Origin: a virus
Lineage: Duplodnaviria; Caudoviricetes
Direction: 5' to 3' (one strand)
Virus record (IMG/VR): IMGVR_UViG_3300048577_000469
Coordinates: 1-37,911 of that record
Length of the DNA stretch: 37,911 nt
Part shown: one piece after another, positions 1 to 9,053 of the stretch
Position numbering within the stretch: the first letter of the stretch is position 1
How the letters are laid out: each line of letters opens with the position of its first letter
Translations under genes and position numbers: made by a program
Notes under the pieces: model-generated
What the model was told of the DNA's origin: nothing
Database searches by the model: none
Seen by the model: only the letters and a program-made list of their open reading frames with translations

Positions 1-501
1 TCAGGAGTGAGCGCGGCGTGCATGGTTAGGGTCCTGGCCATTGCGGCGCAGATGCTCGGCCAGCGCCTTGATGATGCGTAGCAAGGTATCTGCATCGCAC
101 ATCCGCAGGGGCGTGGCCACCGGGCCTGCGCTCGCGGCAGCACCGCTCATCTGGAGCGCGATACCCTCGGCGTAGGCGATTTGCTTGCCTTCCCCGATAC
201 CAGCTTCGATGCACAGCCGTCGAATCTTCCACAGCCGGCGCTGCTTTGCCTTGTCTACCAGCTTATTGACCCAGTCCCATTCGTTGTCTTTTGTTGGAGC
301 TGGCGTCGTGGATCCACCTGATCTGCGCAGGTGATCAAGAACTGCTTTCGCACCAACCAGGTTTAGATCGCGCTGCGAGCTGACCCCGGCTTTTTCCATC
401 ATCAACGCCCGGCGCGTATCGTCTTCAATGCCTTGCTTGGCGCACTCTGCGCGAATGGCGCGCAGCATGGCGGGGAGATTCGCCGATGGCTTTGCTTTCA
501 T
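1..501 (-). CDS. gemA: GemA / DUF1018 family regulatory protein (Mu gp16-like)
   Basis: GIEDDTRRALMMEKAGVSSQRDL..AVLDHL motif; start chosen at ATG 501, overlapping the upstream stop (ATGA). Confidence 0.8.
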   Translation of the reverse strand: MKAKPSANLPAMLRAIRAECAKQGIEDDTRRALMMEKAGVSSQRDLNLVGAKAVLDHLRRSGGSTTPAPTKDNEWDWVNKLVDKAKQRRLWKIRRLCIEAGIGEGKQIAYAEGIALQMSGAAASAGPVATPLRMCDADTLLRIIKALAEHLRRNGQDPNHARRAHS

Positions 502-1106
502 GGCTTCAATACCTTGAAATGGACAACCCACACCCACGGATTTTCTAACCAGGAGTCGGGGCCGTTGATGGACTCCCAAAGCAACCGGTACTGCTCGGCA
601 TAGATGTACGAACGACGCGGCTCATCCGGGTGGATGGTGAATGGAACCTGGCAGCCCTCGGCCTTTGCATCCGCCTCGCTGATGTCCTGCAGCTTCTCGA
701 CACGTATTTCAACAACCTCATCAAGCCCGCGGGACATCCAGCGCATCATGAAGCGCGCGTGCCTGTACCGTCCGCCTGAGAATTGAACCGGCGCTGGGCC
801 ATCCGCCTCGTACCAGATCTGAGCATCACGCGGCAGATCGCGCGGCGGCAGGTCGTTGTAGATCGCCAGCGTGCGCCATGCTTCGCGCACCCACAATAGG
901 TCGCCTGGTTGGCCGTAGGGGCACAGAACCGTCCTGATTTCACTTTCGCTAAGTTGCTCAAGGGCAATTGACGGGCCACCAGGCGCGATGATTTTCCCGC
1001 CATGTTTCTGGACAATCACCCGCCGCGTATTCGTCTTAATCCCAGCCCGCCGTGCGCGGACCATCTCGGGGCTGTAGGGAATGGGGATTTCGCGCGGCAT
1101 GTTCAT
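498..1106 (-). CDS. Conserved phage protein, ASCH/PUA-like
   Basis: GIKTNTRR, CPYGQPGDLLWVREAW, VEKLQDISEADAKAEG and W..NPWVWVV motifs of a common phage family. Confidence 0.75.
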   Translation of the reverse strand: MNMPREIPIPYSPEMVRARRAGIKTNTRRVIVQKHGGKIIAPGGPSIALEQLSESEIRTVLCPYGQPGDLLWVREAWRTLAIYNDLPPRDLPRDAQIWYEADGPAPVQFSGGRYRHARFMMRWMSRGLDEVVEIRVEKLQDISEADAKAEGCQVPFTIHPDEPRRSYIYAEQYRLLWESINGPDSWLENPWVWVVHFKVLKP

Positions 1107-1336
1107 CGACTCACCAAATTTGCAGGGATACGCCAGCGGAGACGGATGAGAAGGATCAGCTTTCCGAGCGAGACAACCGATTCCGTGTAGGCATTCTGTT
1201 TCGTGATGCCAAGTTCGGCGGCGACTTCTTGGAGCGTCATGTTGTGCTCAAGCTGCGGACTCAGCGCAGCGCCTAAGCGATAGCACTGGGTCCAGGTAGG
1301 CGGCTTGCTATTAGGCCTGGTGCAGTGAGTAGTCAT
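1103..1336 (-). CDS. Small HTH protein (sigma-70 region 4-like)
   Basis: MTLQEVAAELGITKQNAY helix-turn-helix; ATGA-coupled on both sides. Confidence 0.65.
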   Translation of the reverse strand: MTTHCTRPNSKPPTWTQCYRLGAALSPQLEHNMTLQEVAAELGITKQNAYTESVVSLGKLILLIRLRWRIPANLVSR

Positions 1337-1500
1337 TGGACGTTAATTCCGCCGACCAGAAAGAACAGTGGCCAAATTAGAGAGAACTTCAGGCCAGCCC
1401 CTTTGGTGAGGAAAAACAATGCACCAATGCCATAAATGATGGCGATACCCGTCAGAACGTATTGCCACCATGACCAGTCAAGCGTGAATTCAATGTGCAT
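1333..1500 (-). CDS. Small membrane protein, 55 aa (absent from ORF track)
   Basis: Manual translation MHIEFTLDWSWWQYVLTGIAIIYGIGALFFLTKGAGLKFSLIWPLFFLVGGINVQ; AGGA-rich SD upstream; fills the gap exactly with ATGA overlap. Confidence 0.75.
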   Translation of the reverse strand: MHIEFTLDWSWWQYVLTGIAIIYGIGALFFLTKGAGLKFSLIWPLFFLVGGINVQ

Positions 1501-2287
1501 TTCCTATTTCTCCTGCGTCTGTCATTGCTTCGCTTAATAGGCGTTCATGCAATCTCTCGACTAGACGTTCGGCGCTGGCCAGAATGCGGCCGTTGCTGAT
1601 CTCGATAGACGGCCTATCGATTCCTTGCTCGGCTACCAGCTTGTCCATGTGATCAAAGATCATCCGGCGCGTGAATCCCTCGGCTGCCAGCTCGTCAAGG
1701 AGTCGAGCCGAGCGTCTCGCATCGACTTTGCGTAGCTGCTCGTACACGCGACGAACCTCGTAAGCGTTGCGCGCCGTCACCTTGTGCCGATTTAGTTGTA
1801 AGCCGTGGCCTTTGTACCCAAGATTCCTGGCCAGAATTGACTTGCTGTATCCGTCTGCTAACAGTTCGTCGATCAGCTTCCACGTCTCGCCTGCGTCAAT
1901 CAGAGCATGGTCGGCAGCTTGCGCGACCGTGACTGCGAGAATTGCGCGCTCAGTGCGGGACCGGATGTTCTTTTTCTCGCCCTTGATGATCGACCACAGG
2001 ATTGACCCGCTCACACTAGAGGCATCCGCAACGGCATGACGCCCAACGCCTAATTCAGACAACTCTGCCAAGTGCTCGCGTGCCTTATCAGCTGATACCA
2101 GTCCATTCCAGTCTCCGGCTTTGCGAGCCGCCTGGCGTGCACGCTCGTAATCCGAGTTTGCGCGACGGCAGTGAAAACAGCGACACCCTGCCATGTAGCG
2201 CAACCGTTCACCGTGGGGTCTGTCTTCAGCAAGGGTTGAGATAGGCCGAAGACCCCGCTTCTGCATTTGATCGGATAGCTGTTGCAC
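1490..2287 (-). CDS. Phage protein with Cys-rich N-terminus and repeated HTH-like units
   Basis: HG..RY..GCRCFHCRRAN motif, then three similar L.EL...G helical repeats. Confidence 0.7.
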   Translation of the reverse strand: MQQLSDQMQKRGLRPISTLAEDRPHGERLRYMAGCRCFHCRRANSDYERARQAARKAGDWNGLVSADKAREHLAELSELGVGRHAVADASSVSGSILWSIIKGEKKNIRSRTERAILAVTVAQAADHALIDAGETWKLIDELLADGYSKSILARNLGYKGHGLQLNRHKVTARNAYEVRRVYEQLRKVDARRSARLLDELAAEGFTRRMIFDHMDKLVAEQGIDRPSIEISNGRILASAERLVERLHERLLSEAMTDAGEIGNAH

Positions 2288-2291
2288 GGCT

Positions 2292-3194
2292 TCAGCCTTC
2301 CTTCATTTCGCCGCCCAGCGCTGCCGTCAGATCCTGCAGCATCTTCACCAGCTCGCCAGTCATCAGAGCGAAGTCACCGTCGAACTGTTCGTCTGCTGAT
2401 GCTCCGGACTGCTCGGCCTGCTCCTTGAGCACGTCGAGGAAAGCCAATCGCTTGATATGCAGTTTGTCATCGAGGACAAAGGAGATGCGGTCGCTCCAGG
2501 TCATGCCAAGTTTGGCTGCAACCTTGCCGGCGGCGATGTGTTCGCTGATCTCCGGGCCGGACAAGCCGTGATGCACGTAGCGGATCGCCGATTTTGCTTC
2601 CGCCGCAGTGCGCAATTCACAGTCGCTGTCGATACTGAAGCTGGCAGGTGCCTCGCCGCCAATGAGCCAATCCGTCATCGCGGCGATGGGGGAAGTTTTC
2701 GTCTTCAGCAGGCGCGGCGCAATCTCCTCGACGCTGGTGATCAGCGCCTCGACGAAATCGTCGGCGCGCGCATCAGAGCCGGCATCGATCACCAGCCAAC
2801 CGTTAACCGGATCAAGCCATCCCCATGTCGTACTCCGCCGTGTGAAGGCCCTGGGCATCAGTTCCTCGGAAACGCGGTCGGCGATGTCTCTCATTTCCTT
2901 ACGTCCGACCTTGCGGCCATCTTCGGCCTCAATGGCGGCAGCGCGTTCCTGGGCGGTCTGGCGAATCACCGCTGCCGGCAGCAGCTTCTGCTCGATACCA
3001 AGCGCCAGCAGCCACTGGCGATTCACCGCATGGACGAAAGCGCCATCCTGGCGCGGGAATACCCAGCCGCGGCTAACCATCTCGAAGTCACCGCAGCGGG
3101 TGAGAGGCTTCTTTGCCAGCAGCTCGTCGAGCTGGGCGAGGTCAAGGCTAAAGTCGCGCTGGAGGCGATAAAGGCGAAGGTTGCGAAACCACAT
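2292..3194 (-). CDS. rdgC: Recombination-associated protein RdgC
   Basis: MWFRNLRLYRL start, EQKLLPAAVI, LMPRAF, W.DRISFVL, FDGDFALMTGEL; 300 aa. Confidence 0.95.
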   Translation of the reverse strand: MWFRNLRLYRLQRDFSLDLAQLDELLAKKPLTRCGDFEMVSRGWVFPRQDGAFVHAVNRQWLLALGIEQKLLPAAVIRQTAQERAAAIEAEDGRKVGRKEMRDIADRVSEELMPRAFTRRSTTWGWLDPVNGWLVIDAGSDARADDFVEALITSVEEIAPRLLKTKTSPIAAMTDWLIGGEAPASFSIDSDCELRTAAEAKSAIRYVHHGLSGPEISEHIAAGKVAAKLGMTWSDRISFVLDDKLHIKRLAFLDVLKEQAEQSGASADEQFDGDFALMTGELVKMLQDLTAALGGEMKEG

Positions 3195-3212
3195 GACAAT
3201 TCTCCTTGTCGG

Positions 3213-3833
3213 TTATGCAGGGGTGGCGATGTCTTCTTTCGGCTTGCCCGCCTTCGCCTTGCCCTTCGGCGCCTTGGGCTTTTCGTCATCCCCTTGGCGG
3301 CGCATGGCATCTTCGATGATGATGCGGGCGAGATAGGCCACGTCCGGCATGCCGACGGTGATGTAATGCTGATCGGTCGCCGGCAGCGTGCGGATGCCAA
3401 CCTTGGCGCGATCTTCTTGACTGAGGTTCGACACGGCGCCAATCACCAGGCTTTCTTCGGTACGAATCAGCACAGCAGCCAATTTCGGAAGTTGCTTCTT
3501 GATCGCGTCAATAAGGGCGTCGTCACTATCCCAATCCAGGGATTCGGCAGTGCTCTTGTAGCCGGCGCGCACGCCATCGACGGTGATGCTGCGAGGCTGA
3601 GCAAACAGGTGCGGTGCCTCGACGAGCAGGTTTTCAAGCGTCTTCTGTGCCGCCGCTTCCGCGGCAGCGTAAACGTCAATCACGCCCTGGTGCTTCTCCA
3701 GGACTGGCGCGATGACGGCCTTAATCTCGGCGTTAAGAACGGCCGATGCGGCCACGGTGTCGTTATGCCGGTTGGCGAGATACTGTGCCGCAGCACGAAT
3801 CTGTTCCAGCGTGACGGATTGCTCTTGCATCAT
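3213..3833 (-). CDS. Gam-like host-nuclease inhibitor
   Basis: Long N-terminal helix then LF..PRSITVDGVRAGYK, LIRTEESL, AKVGIR; position in the Mu-like early operon. Confidence 0.65.
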   Translation of the reverse strand: MMQEQSVTLEQIRAAAQYLANRHNDTVAASAVLNAEIKAVIAPVLEKHQGVIDVYAAAEAAAQKTLENLLVEAPHLFAQPRSITVDGVRAGYKSTAESLDWDSDDALIDAIKKQLPKLAAVLIRTEESLVIGAVSNLSQEDRAKVGIRTLPATDQHYITVGMPDVAYLARIIIEDAMRRQGDDEKPKAPKGKAKAGKPKEDIATPA

Positions 3834-3841
3834 GACTCCTT

Positions 3842-4036
3842 TCAGTTCATTGCCTGATCAACCCAATGGCGTGTCGTTGAGCCATCGGGGTACGTTGTTT
3901 CGATGGCCGCGCGCTGCTCGCCCTCCGGGTGGTAAATCGTTACGCTCATGCCAAGGGGTAGGAGCCTGCCGAGCGTCGTGATGGCATGGGCTAAATCAAC
4001 GCGCGCCAACAGGTCCTGTGGAATCTGCTCTGCCAT
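3842..4036 (-). CDS. Hypothetical protein
   Basis: MAEQIPQ...; TGATG coupling to the upstream gene. Confidence 0.6.
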   Translation of the reverse strand: MAEQIPQDLLARVDLAHAITTLGRLLPLGMSVTIYHPEGEQRAAIETTYPDGSTTRHWVDQAMN

Positions 4037-4353
4037 CAACCTGCCGCCGCCACGTAACGCCCGCGCCATGCCGCGCGCAGGGCCTCGATCTTGTCCAGCG
4101 TGTGCTCGACGCGACTACTCAGGAACCGGCAGGTCGATTCGACCTCGGCTTCCGAATTGGCGATGAAATAGCCGAGATCGGGGTGGGCGCAGACCGGGAT
4201 GCCGGCAGCGATCATCTCGCCGACGAGCTTGCGGATCGCGCGCTCGGTCGTGCCAAGGCGGGCCGCCAATGTCTTGGCATCCTGGCCGTTCTTTTCTCCA
4301 TAGCGCAGCGCTTCCAGCAAGGTTTGTCGCGTGACTTGAGGTTCGGTTGCCAT
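4036..4353 (-). CDS. Winged-HTH (HTH_11-like) protein
   Basis: AKTLAARLGTTERAIRKLV..GIPVC..GYFIA; GAGGAG SD before ATG 4353. Confidence 0.8.
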   Translation of the reverse strand: MATEPQVTRQTLLEALRYGEKNGQDAKTLAARLGTTERAIRKLVGEMIAAGIPVCAHPDLGYFIANSEAEVESTCRFLSSRVEHTLDKIEALRAAWRGRYVAAAG

Positions 4354-4363
4354 GCTCATCTCC

Positions 4364-4756
4364 TCAGTGGTGGATGAAAACCGGGGTATCGAAGACGCCC
4401 GCGCTGCCGGCGCGGGCTTCAGCGGCTTTACATGTATTGCAGCGCCGCACGCCGGCATGCGGGCTGAGAAAGGGCATTTGGCAGGACAGGCACGTCCGGA
4501 TTTTTGGCTGGCGCAGCTGCATCTCCAGCTCGCCTTTACGTTCCAGGCGATCCCATGTATTGATCGGCCGGCCGTAAGGGCTGGTCCCGCGCGTCAAGAT
4601 GACAATCCGCTCGCGCTCCATGCCATCCAGGATGAGGCGGGTATTCTCCTGAGTGATGCCAGCCGACTCGGCAAGCTCCATCAAGGACTTCTTCCCAGCA
4701 TCAATGGCCGTCAGAATTCGGGCGCGCCTCTCGCTCAAGCTGATTCGTTGTTGCAT
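4364..4756 (-). CDS. HTH protein with C-terminal zinc ribbon
   Basis: SLMELAESAGIT HTH; CLSC..F.S.H.G.R.CNTC motif. Confidence 0.7.
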   Translation of the reverse strand: MQQRISLSERRARILTAIDAGKKSLMELAESAGITQENTRLILDGMERERIVILTRGTSPYGRPINTWDRLERKGELEMQLRQPKIRTCLSCQMPFLSPHAGVRRCNTCKAAEARAGSAGVFDTPVFIHH

Positions 4757-4839
4757 CACATCACCTCCGGATCGAAGCGGTTAGCAAACCGTGCCAGGTT
4801 GCGCACGTCATCGGCTAGCGACAAAGGAATACCGCTCAT
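4756..4839 (-). CDS. Putative 27-aa peptide
   Basis: MSGIPLSLADDVRNLARFANRFDPEVM; start overlaps the upstream stop (ATGA) and stop overlaps the downstream start (TGATG). Confidence 0.45.
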   Translation of the reverse strand: MSGIPLSLADDVRNLARFANRFDPEVM

Positions 4840-5156
4840 GATGGTTCCACCCATCTCACGGTGATACCTTCGAACTCTCCGCAAACCACCTTGCAGCCGT
4901 CATCGTCGATGAAATAGCGCGGCCCCATCCTGTCCAGGAGAGGCACGATAGACACATCAGCGTCACGACGGATATGGGCTTGCGGCGTGGGTCCAGCCAA
5001 GCTGCTCCACACCACGTTCAGGCCCAGGCGCCGCAGCTCGCGCTCGGCATGTGTCAGTAGCGCCAAACGCTCCATAAACGAGCCCGTGAAGACCCGCGAT
5101 TCGTGTTGTAGCGGCCTGTAATCCGCATTGATTCTGGCTTGTTGCAGATTTGCCAT
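4836..5156 (-). CDS. Hypothetical phage protein
   Basis: AGGAG SD before MANLQQ; lies within the early operon. Confidence 0.65.
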   Translation of the reverse strand: MANLQQARINADYRPLQHESRVFTGSFMERLALLTHAERELRRLGLNVVWSSLAGPTPQAHIRRDADVSIVPLLDRMGPRYFIDDDGCKVVCGEFEGITVRWVEPS

Positions 5157-5157
5157 G

Positions 5158-5604
5158 TCACTCTCCTGCATTGAGTTGAATGATCAAGATGCTCATGTCG
5201 GTGACAGACACCTTGACATTCTCCAGGTAGCTGAAACGGTCGAGGATCACGCCATCCGCAAATACCGCGCTGCGGCCGGACAGCAGACCCCGCACCAGGG
5301 AGTGGGTAAGACAGAAGCCCTTGCGATTCTTCGGGGTAACGCGGAGCCGAAGCTTCTCCCGTTCCCATGCATCAACATCAAACGATGGGTCTGCAGCCGC
5401 ATAGCGCTGGCTATAGAAATCCGCCTCGGCATAAATGGCCTCTTCCTCGAGCTCGATGCTGAAGAACCGCTCGGACTCCCACATCCCAGGCGGCATGCGA
5501 ACCCCGAACTCTTCGGTACTGGCAATCCGTCGCAGGGCTTCCATCTCGTCTTTAAACTCCATACGACCATGCGTCTGCAATGAATGATCAGTTGATGCGT
5601 TCAT
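5158..5604 (-). CDS. Hypothetical protein
   Basis: MNASTDH...; TGATG coupling. Confidence 0.6.
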   Translation of the reverse strand: MNASTDHSLQTHGRMEFKDEMEALRRIASTEEFGVRMPPGMWESERFFSIELEEEAIYAEADFYSQRYAAADPSFDVDAWEREKLRLRVTPKNRKGFCLTHSLVRGLLSGRSAVFADGVILDRFSYLENVKVSVTDMSILIIQLNAGE

Positions 5605-5903
5605 CAATTTCCCCTTTCCAACCAGCGAATATGGCAGCCGCAGCGCTCGAACTGGCCGATGCGATACGGGCCGACCTCGTCGTGGCCATAGGCGCAGTAG
5701 AAAGCCTCGTCGCGCGCCACCATGCCCGCCAGGCGCGACTCGACGGCGATCCAGATCGCCGGCTTCACACACAAGCTGCGCACGTCAAGATTGATGATTC
5801 GGAAGCTGTCGCGCAGCAGGCTGTTGGCCGCTTCCATAATGGAAACCAGCCTGCTCGCCACCAGCAGGTGCTGGCTGCTTTGGTTTGCTTGTCCAGTGGC
5901 CAT
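5604..5903 (-). CDS. Hypothetical phage protein
   Basis: MATGQANQ...GCHIRWLE; TGATG coupling to the B gene stop. Confidence 0.65.
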   Translation of the reverse strand: MATGQANQSSQHLLVASRLVSIMEAANSLLRDSFRIINLDVRSLCVKPAIWIAVESRLAGMVARDEAFYCAYGHDEVGPYRIGQFERCGCHIRWLERGN

Positions 5904-7138
5904 CACATCCCCCGGATCAGCTCGGCAGTGACCAGCGGGGCCCCAATCTCGGCGGCGTGGTTCATCGCGCGGGTCAGGGTGTTGTTCACGAGCAGCGGGT
6001 AAAGATGGGAAACCTCGCGGCGAGATTCCGTGTCGATCCGCGTCCACCGTGCGCGAATTGCATCGTAGGCATCGGGGGCGATGATCGATGCCGGATCCAC
6101 ATTCGCGCGCTTCAGCTTGTGAGCCACGTAGGCTTCGAGCTGCTGGCCGAGCGGCATCAACTCGGCAACCTCGATACGGCGGATCACCTCGCGCGCCTCC
6201 GGATGCCGCCGCTCGTCGAGCAAATGCTTCATCTCGGGCTGGCCGATCAGGATGATCGACAGCAGTTTCTTGAAGCCGTCCTGTATCTCGTAGAAGCGCT
6301 TCAGGTACTTCAGCGTCGTGATCGACAGATCGTGCGACTCCTCAATCAACAGCACATGGGCACAATCCGCCTGAGCTGACGCCAGCAACACCTCGCGCAC
6401 TTGCCGCGCCTGGCCTTCAAGCTTGCTTTGCACCTTGGTCCCCGGCGACAGGTCGTTGATGATCGCGGTGCAGATGCTGCTGGTGCTCATCTTCGACTTG
6501 TCCACCGTCTGCGGGAAGATCACGCGGATCGGCAGGTCGCGCACCCGATCCAGCAGCGCCTGGCGGAGCGTGCTCTTGCCGCTGCCGGACTCGCCGATCA
6601 CGGCAAGGAATCCGCCATGCTTGGCCGTCTGGAACATCGCCTCGCCGATGTAGCGCTGATCATCCTGCAAGAACACATCGCCGATCTCGCGGATCTCGTC
6701 CTGGAACGGATCCAGAAAAAGCTTGAACTTCCGTTTTGCTGCCTGGGAGAGCATTGCCACCTCCATCGATTCGAATTCGGGTTTCTCTGAACTTGCGCGG
6801 AACCGGCCGGAACGCTGGCCGAGGTGCACACCCACCGGGTGGCCACCGCGATAGCGGTCTTCGCTGTCGATCTCCCAAATGTCGGTCAGATCGCTAGCCG
6901 GCACGCCCTGCTCAAGTAACCAGGTGACCGTTTGGCGCTTGATAGACTCCTGCGGTGTTTTGACCGGAAAGTGATTGCGGTTCACGATCAGTGACACGGT
7001 CGTAATCGACATCGTCTTGCCGTCGAACTGCAGGATCGCTTTCCCGTAGTCCGCGTGCTTGATGCCATAGCGCGTCAACACCCCCTTCAGCTTGAGCGGC
7101 ATGTATGCGAGCCCTCTATAGTTCGGAGCGCCGGACAT
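5903..7138 (-). CDS. Transposition ATPase B (ExeA-like AAA) with N-terminal HTH-like domain
   Basis: Walker A GESGSGKST, Walker B VLLIEESH, IILIGQPE; follows the transposase; AAGGAGG SD. Confidence 0.9.
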   Translation of the reverse strand: MSGAPNYRGLAYMPLKLKGVLTRYGIKHADYGKAILQFDGKTMSITTVSLIVNRNHFPVKTPQESIKRQTVTWLLEQGVPASDLTDIWEIDSEDRYRGGHPVGVHLGQRSGRFRASSEKPEFESMEVAMLSQAAKRKFKLFLDPFQDEIREIGDVFLQDDQRYIGEAMFQTAKHGGFLAVIGESGSGKSTLRQALLDRVRDLPIRVIFPQTVDKSKMSTSSICTAIINDLSPGTKVQSKLEGQARQVREVLLASAQADCAHVLLIEESHDLSITTLKYLKRFYEIQDGFKKLLSIILIGQPEMKHLLDERRHPEAREVIRRIEVAELMPLGQQLEAYVAHKLKRANVDPASIIAPDAYDAIRARWTRIDTESRREVSHLYPLLVNNTLTRAMNHAAEIGAPLVTAELIRGM

Positions 7139-7195
7139 GACGGCCTCCTTTTGCGGTTGAGTTCATGCGGTAGAATCTCCATGCTCGTTACACAT

Positions 7196-7249
7196 CCGGG
7201 ATGTCATTCCCGGTCCATCGGCCCGGTGCGCTGCAACGCATCGGGCCGA
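7196..7249. repeat. Two tandem inverted repeats in the A-B intergenic region
   Basis: CCGGGA-TGTCAT-TCCCGG (7196-7213) and TCGGCCCGGTGCG-CTGCAA-CGCATCGGGCCGA (7218-7249). Confidence 0.8.
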
Positions 7250-7255
7250 ATCACG

Positions 7256-9046
7256 TCAGGCCGCAGCGATCCGCCGCGGCGCCTCCATCATTCGGTTTGC
7301 CACCTCCGGCAGCTCGGCCTCCGTTACGCCGGCCGGATACAACTGCGCCATGCGCGTGTAATGCTCGCCGGACCAGCCGGGCACCATCCGCGCCAGGCGC
7401 GTTGCCATACCCACATGACCGAGGCGTTCTTCCTCGACCTGCAGGCGCGACGGCACCTTCATCGAATCCGGCGCGGCGGCAATCCCCGGCAGTGGCGTCT
7501 CCAGCGCGGTGCCGCGCTTCGGGATGTAGGCCGGCAGATTGGCGATGCCATCCTCCATGTCTTTCCACGGATCGATCTTGCCGTCGAAGGCCAGCCGCTT
7601 CGCCTTGCGCGCCTGCCCGGCGCCGTCAAGTGTTTCCTCGCCCATCAGCAGCTTTTCGATATCCTTCGCCGCGCGCTGGGCCGGCGTGTCCGCATGGCGG
7701 CGATAGGATTCGCCAATCACCGGGGCGCCAATATCGAAGCCATTGCTATCCTTGCCAACCGGCTCGACCACGTAATAAATCTCGCGGCCATCGGCGTCGA
7801 AGCCGACGATCTGCGCAGCCTCCGGTCGCCAGGGATTGCGGCAGACCATCACCTTCGAGCCGTTTTGTATGTCGGGTACGACCGATACGTCGAAGTTCTC
7901 GCCGCGATAGCTGATCTGCAGCTTGTCGTTAACCGTGCGCTCTTCGGGGGCCGTCGTCGTCAATTCACGGCAGACCTCCAGCGGCGGTGCGATGCGCAGC
8001 TGGTCGGCGCTGATGCGCAGCCAGGCCTCATACCGCGTCATGCCGTGCCGTGCCATTACGCTGCCGCCATTGAAGCTCTGGCGCCAGCGTGCCGCCGCTG
8101 CGTTCAGTTCGTCGAGCGAGTTGATCGCCGTCAGCTTCAGGCGGCTCTCGAAGCTCTTCTCAATCAGGTCGTGGGCCTTTTCCACCTGGCCCTTGGCGCG
8201 CGGATTGCCCACCTGGTTGATCTGCACCCGTACCTGCAGGCTGCGGCACAGATTCTTGAACAGCGCGCCAGTGTTGGCGCTACCGGGGTCAAGCATCGCC
8301 ATCAGCGGCACGCCATGCACCGGCTCACCCTCGCGCTTCTGGATCGCATTAATGAACACCGTCGCCAGGTTCTCGCCGCTCTCGGCCCCCAGCACATATT
8401 CGACATAGATATGCCCGGAAGTGTGGTCGGTGATGGCGTAGCGCCAGACGCGGTCGTGTTCGATCTTCGCCACGTTGGCCGGTTTGTTCTTGTAGAACTC
8501 GGCAGCGTCCATCGCGCGCAATCCGGACGTACGTTGCAGGTAATACAGCACGCACAGCGAGGCGTCGATCTGCCAGACGTGATTCGGGTGTAGAGACGCC
8601 AGCGAGACCGCCGCCGCCGGGCGCAGCAGCGTATCCGGGTGCAGGCCATAGGCACGCAAGGCGCGCGTGATCGCCGAGATCGACAGCGGTCGAATCACCC
8701 CATCGCCATCAATCGTCTCGGCGCGGATCATGGCGTTAGCGCGTAGCATATCGACCGCCTGCTCAACAGAGAGCAGGCGCTTGCCGTTGCGGCGATGGCT
8801 CTCCATCATCAACGCCGAGATGAGCTCGGCTTCGTGCCGTGGCAGCGCCGTCTTGCCGGCGTCCGAGCGGCGCTTGCGCGGGTTGCGAATCATCATTTCC
8901 TTAACCCATTTCTGTACGGTTTGCCGGGAAACCCCCAGATCGTCTGCCGCCGCCTGATATAGATCCGCCTTGCCGCCATGCGACGCCAGGGCGAGCGCCT
9001 GGATCAGGACGTGAATGCGGTGGGACTGAGCGGCGGAAAGCGGCAT
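7256..9046 (-). CDS. DDE transposase A (B3/BcepMu type)
   Basis: N-terminal HTH, HPNHVWQIDAS (D), MLDPGSAN (D), NPRAKGQVEK (E); 596 aa. Confidence 0.93.
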   Translation of the reverse strand: MPLSAAQSHRIHVLIQALALASHGGKADLYQAAADDLGVSRQTVQKWVKEMMIRNPRKRRSDAGKTALPRHEAELISALMMESHRRNGKRLLSVEQAVDMLRANAMIRAETIDGDGVIRPLSISAITRALRAYGLHPDTLLRPAAAVSLASLHPNHVWQIDASLCVLYYLQRTSGLRAMDAAEFYKNKPANVAKIEHDRVWRYAITDHTSGHIYVEYVLGAESGENLATVFINAIQKREGEPVHGVPLMAMLDPGSANTGALFKNLCRSLQVRVQINQVGNPRAKGQVEKAHDLIEKSFESRLKLTAINSLDELNAAAARWRQSFNGGSVMARHGMTRYEAWLRISADQLRIAPPLEVCRELTTTAPEERTVNDKLQISYRGENFDVSVVPDIQNGSKVMVCRNPWRPEAAQIVGFDADGREIYYVVEPVGKDSNGFDIGAPVIGESYRRHADTPAQRAAKDIEKLLMGEETLDGAGQARKAKRLAFDGKIDPWKDMEDGIANLPAYIPKRGTALETPLPGIAAAPDSMKVPSRLQVEEERLGHVGMATRLARMVPGWSGEHYTRMAQLYPAGVTEAELPEVANRMMEAPRRIAAA

Positions 9047-9053
9047 GGCGGCC

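Noticed and set aside
2457-3857. 466-aa plus-strand ORF
   Set aside because: Antisense shadow of rdgC and the gam-like gene in high-GC DNA; no recognisable motifs
5903-7138. Type II secretion ExeA, or Tn7/CAST TnsC
   Set aside because: Phage context next to a Mu-type transposase; no T2SS, TniQ or Cas genes
7055-8593. 512-aa plus-strand ORF
   Set aside because: Antisense shadow of the transposase
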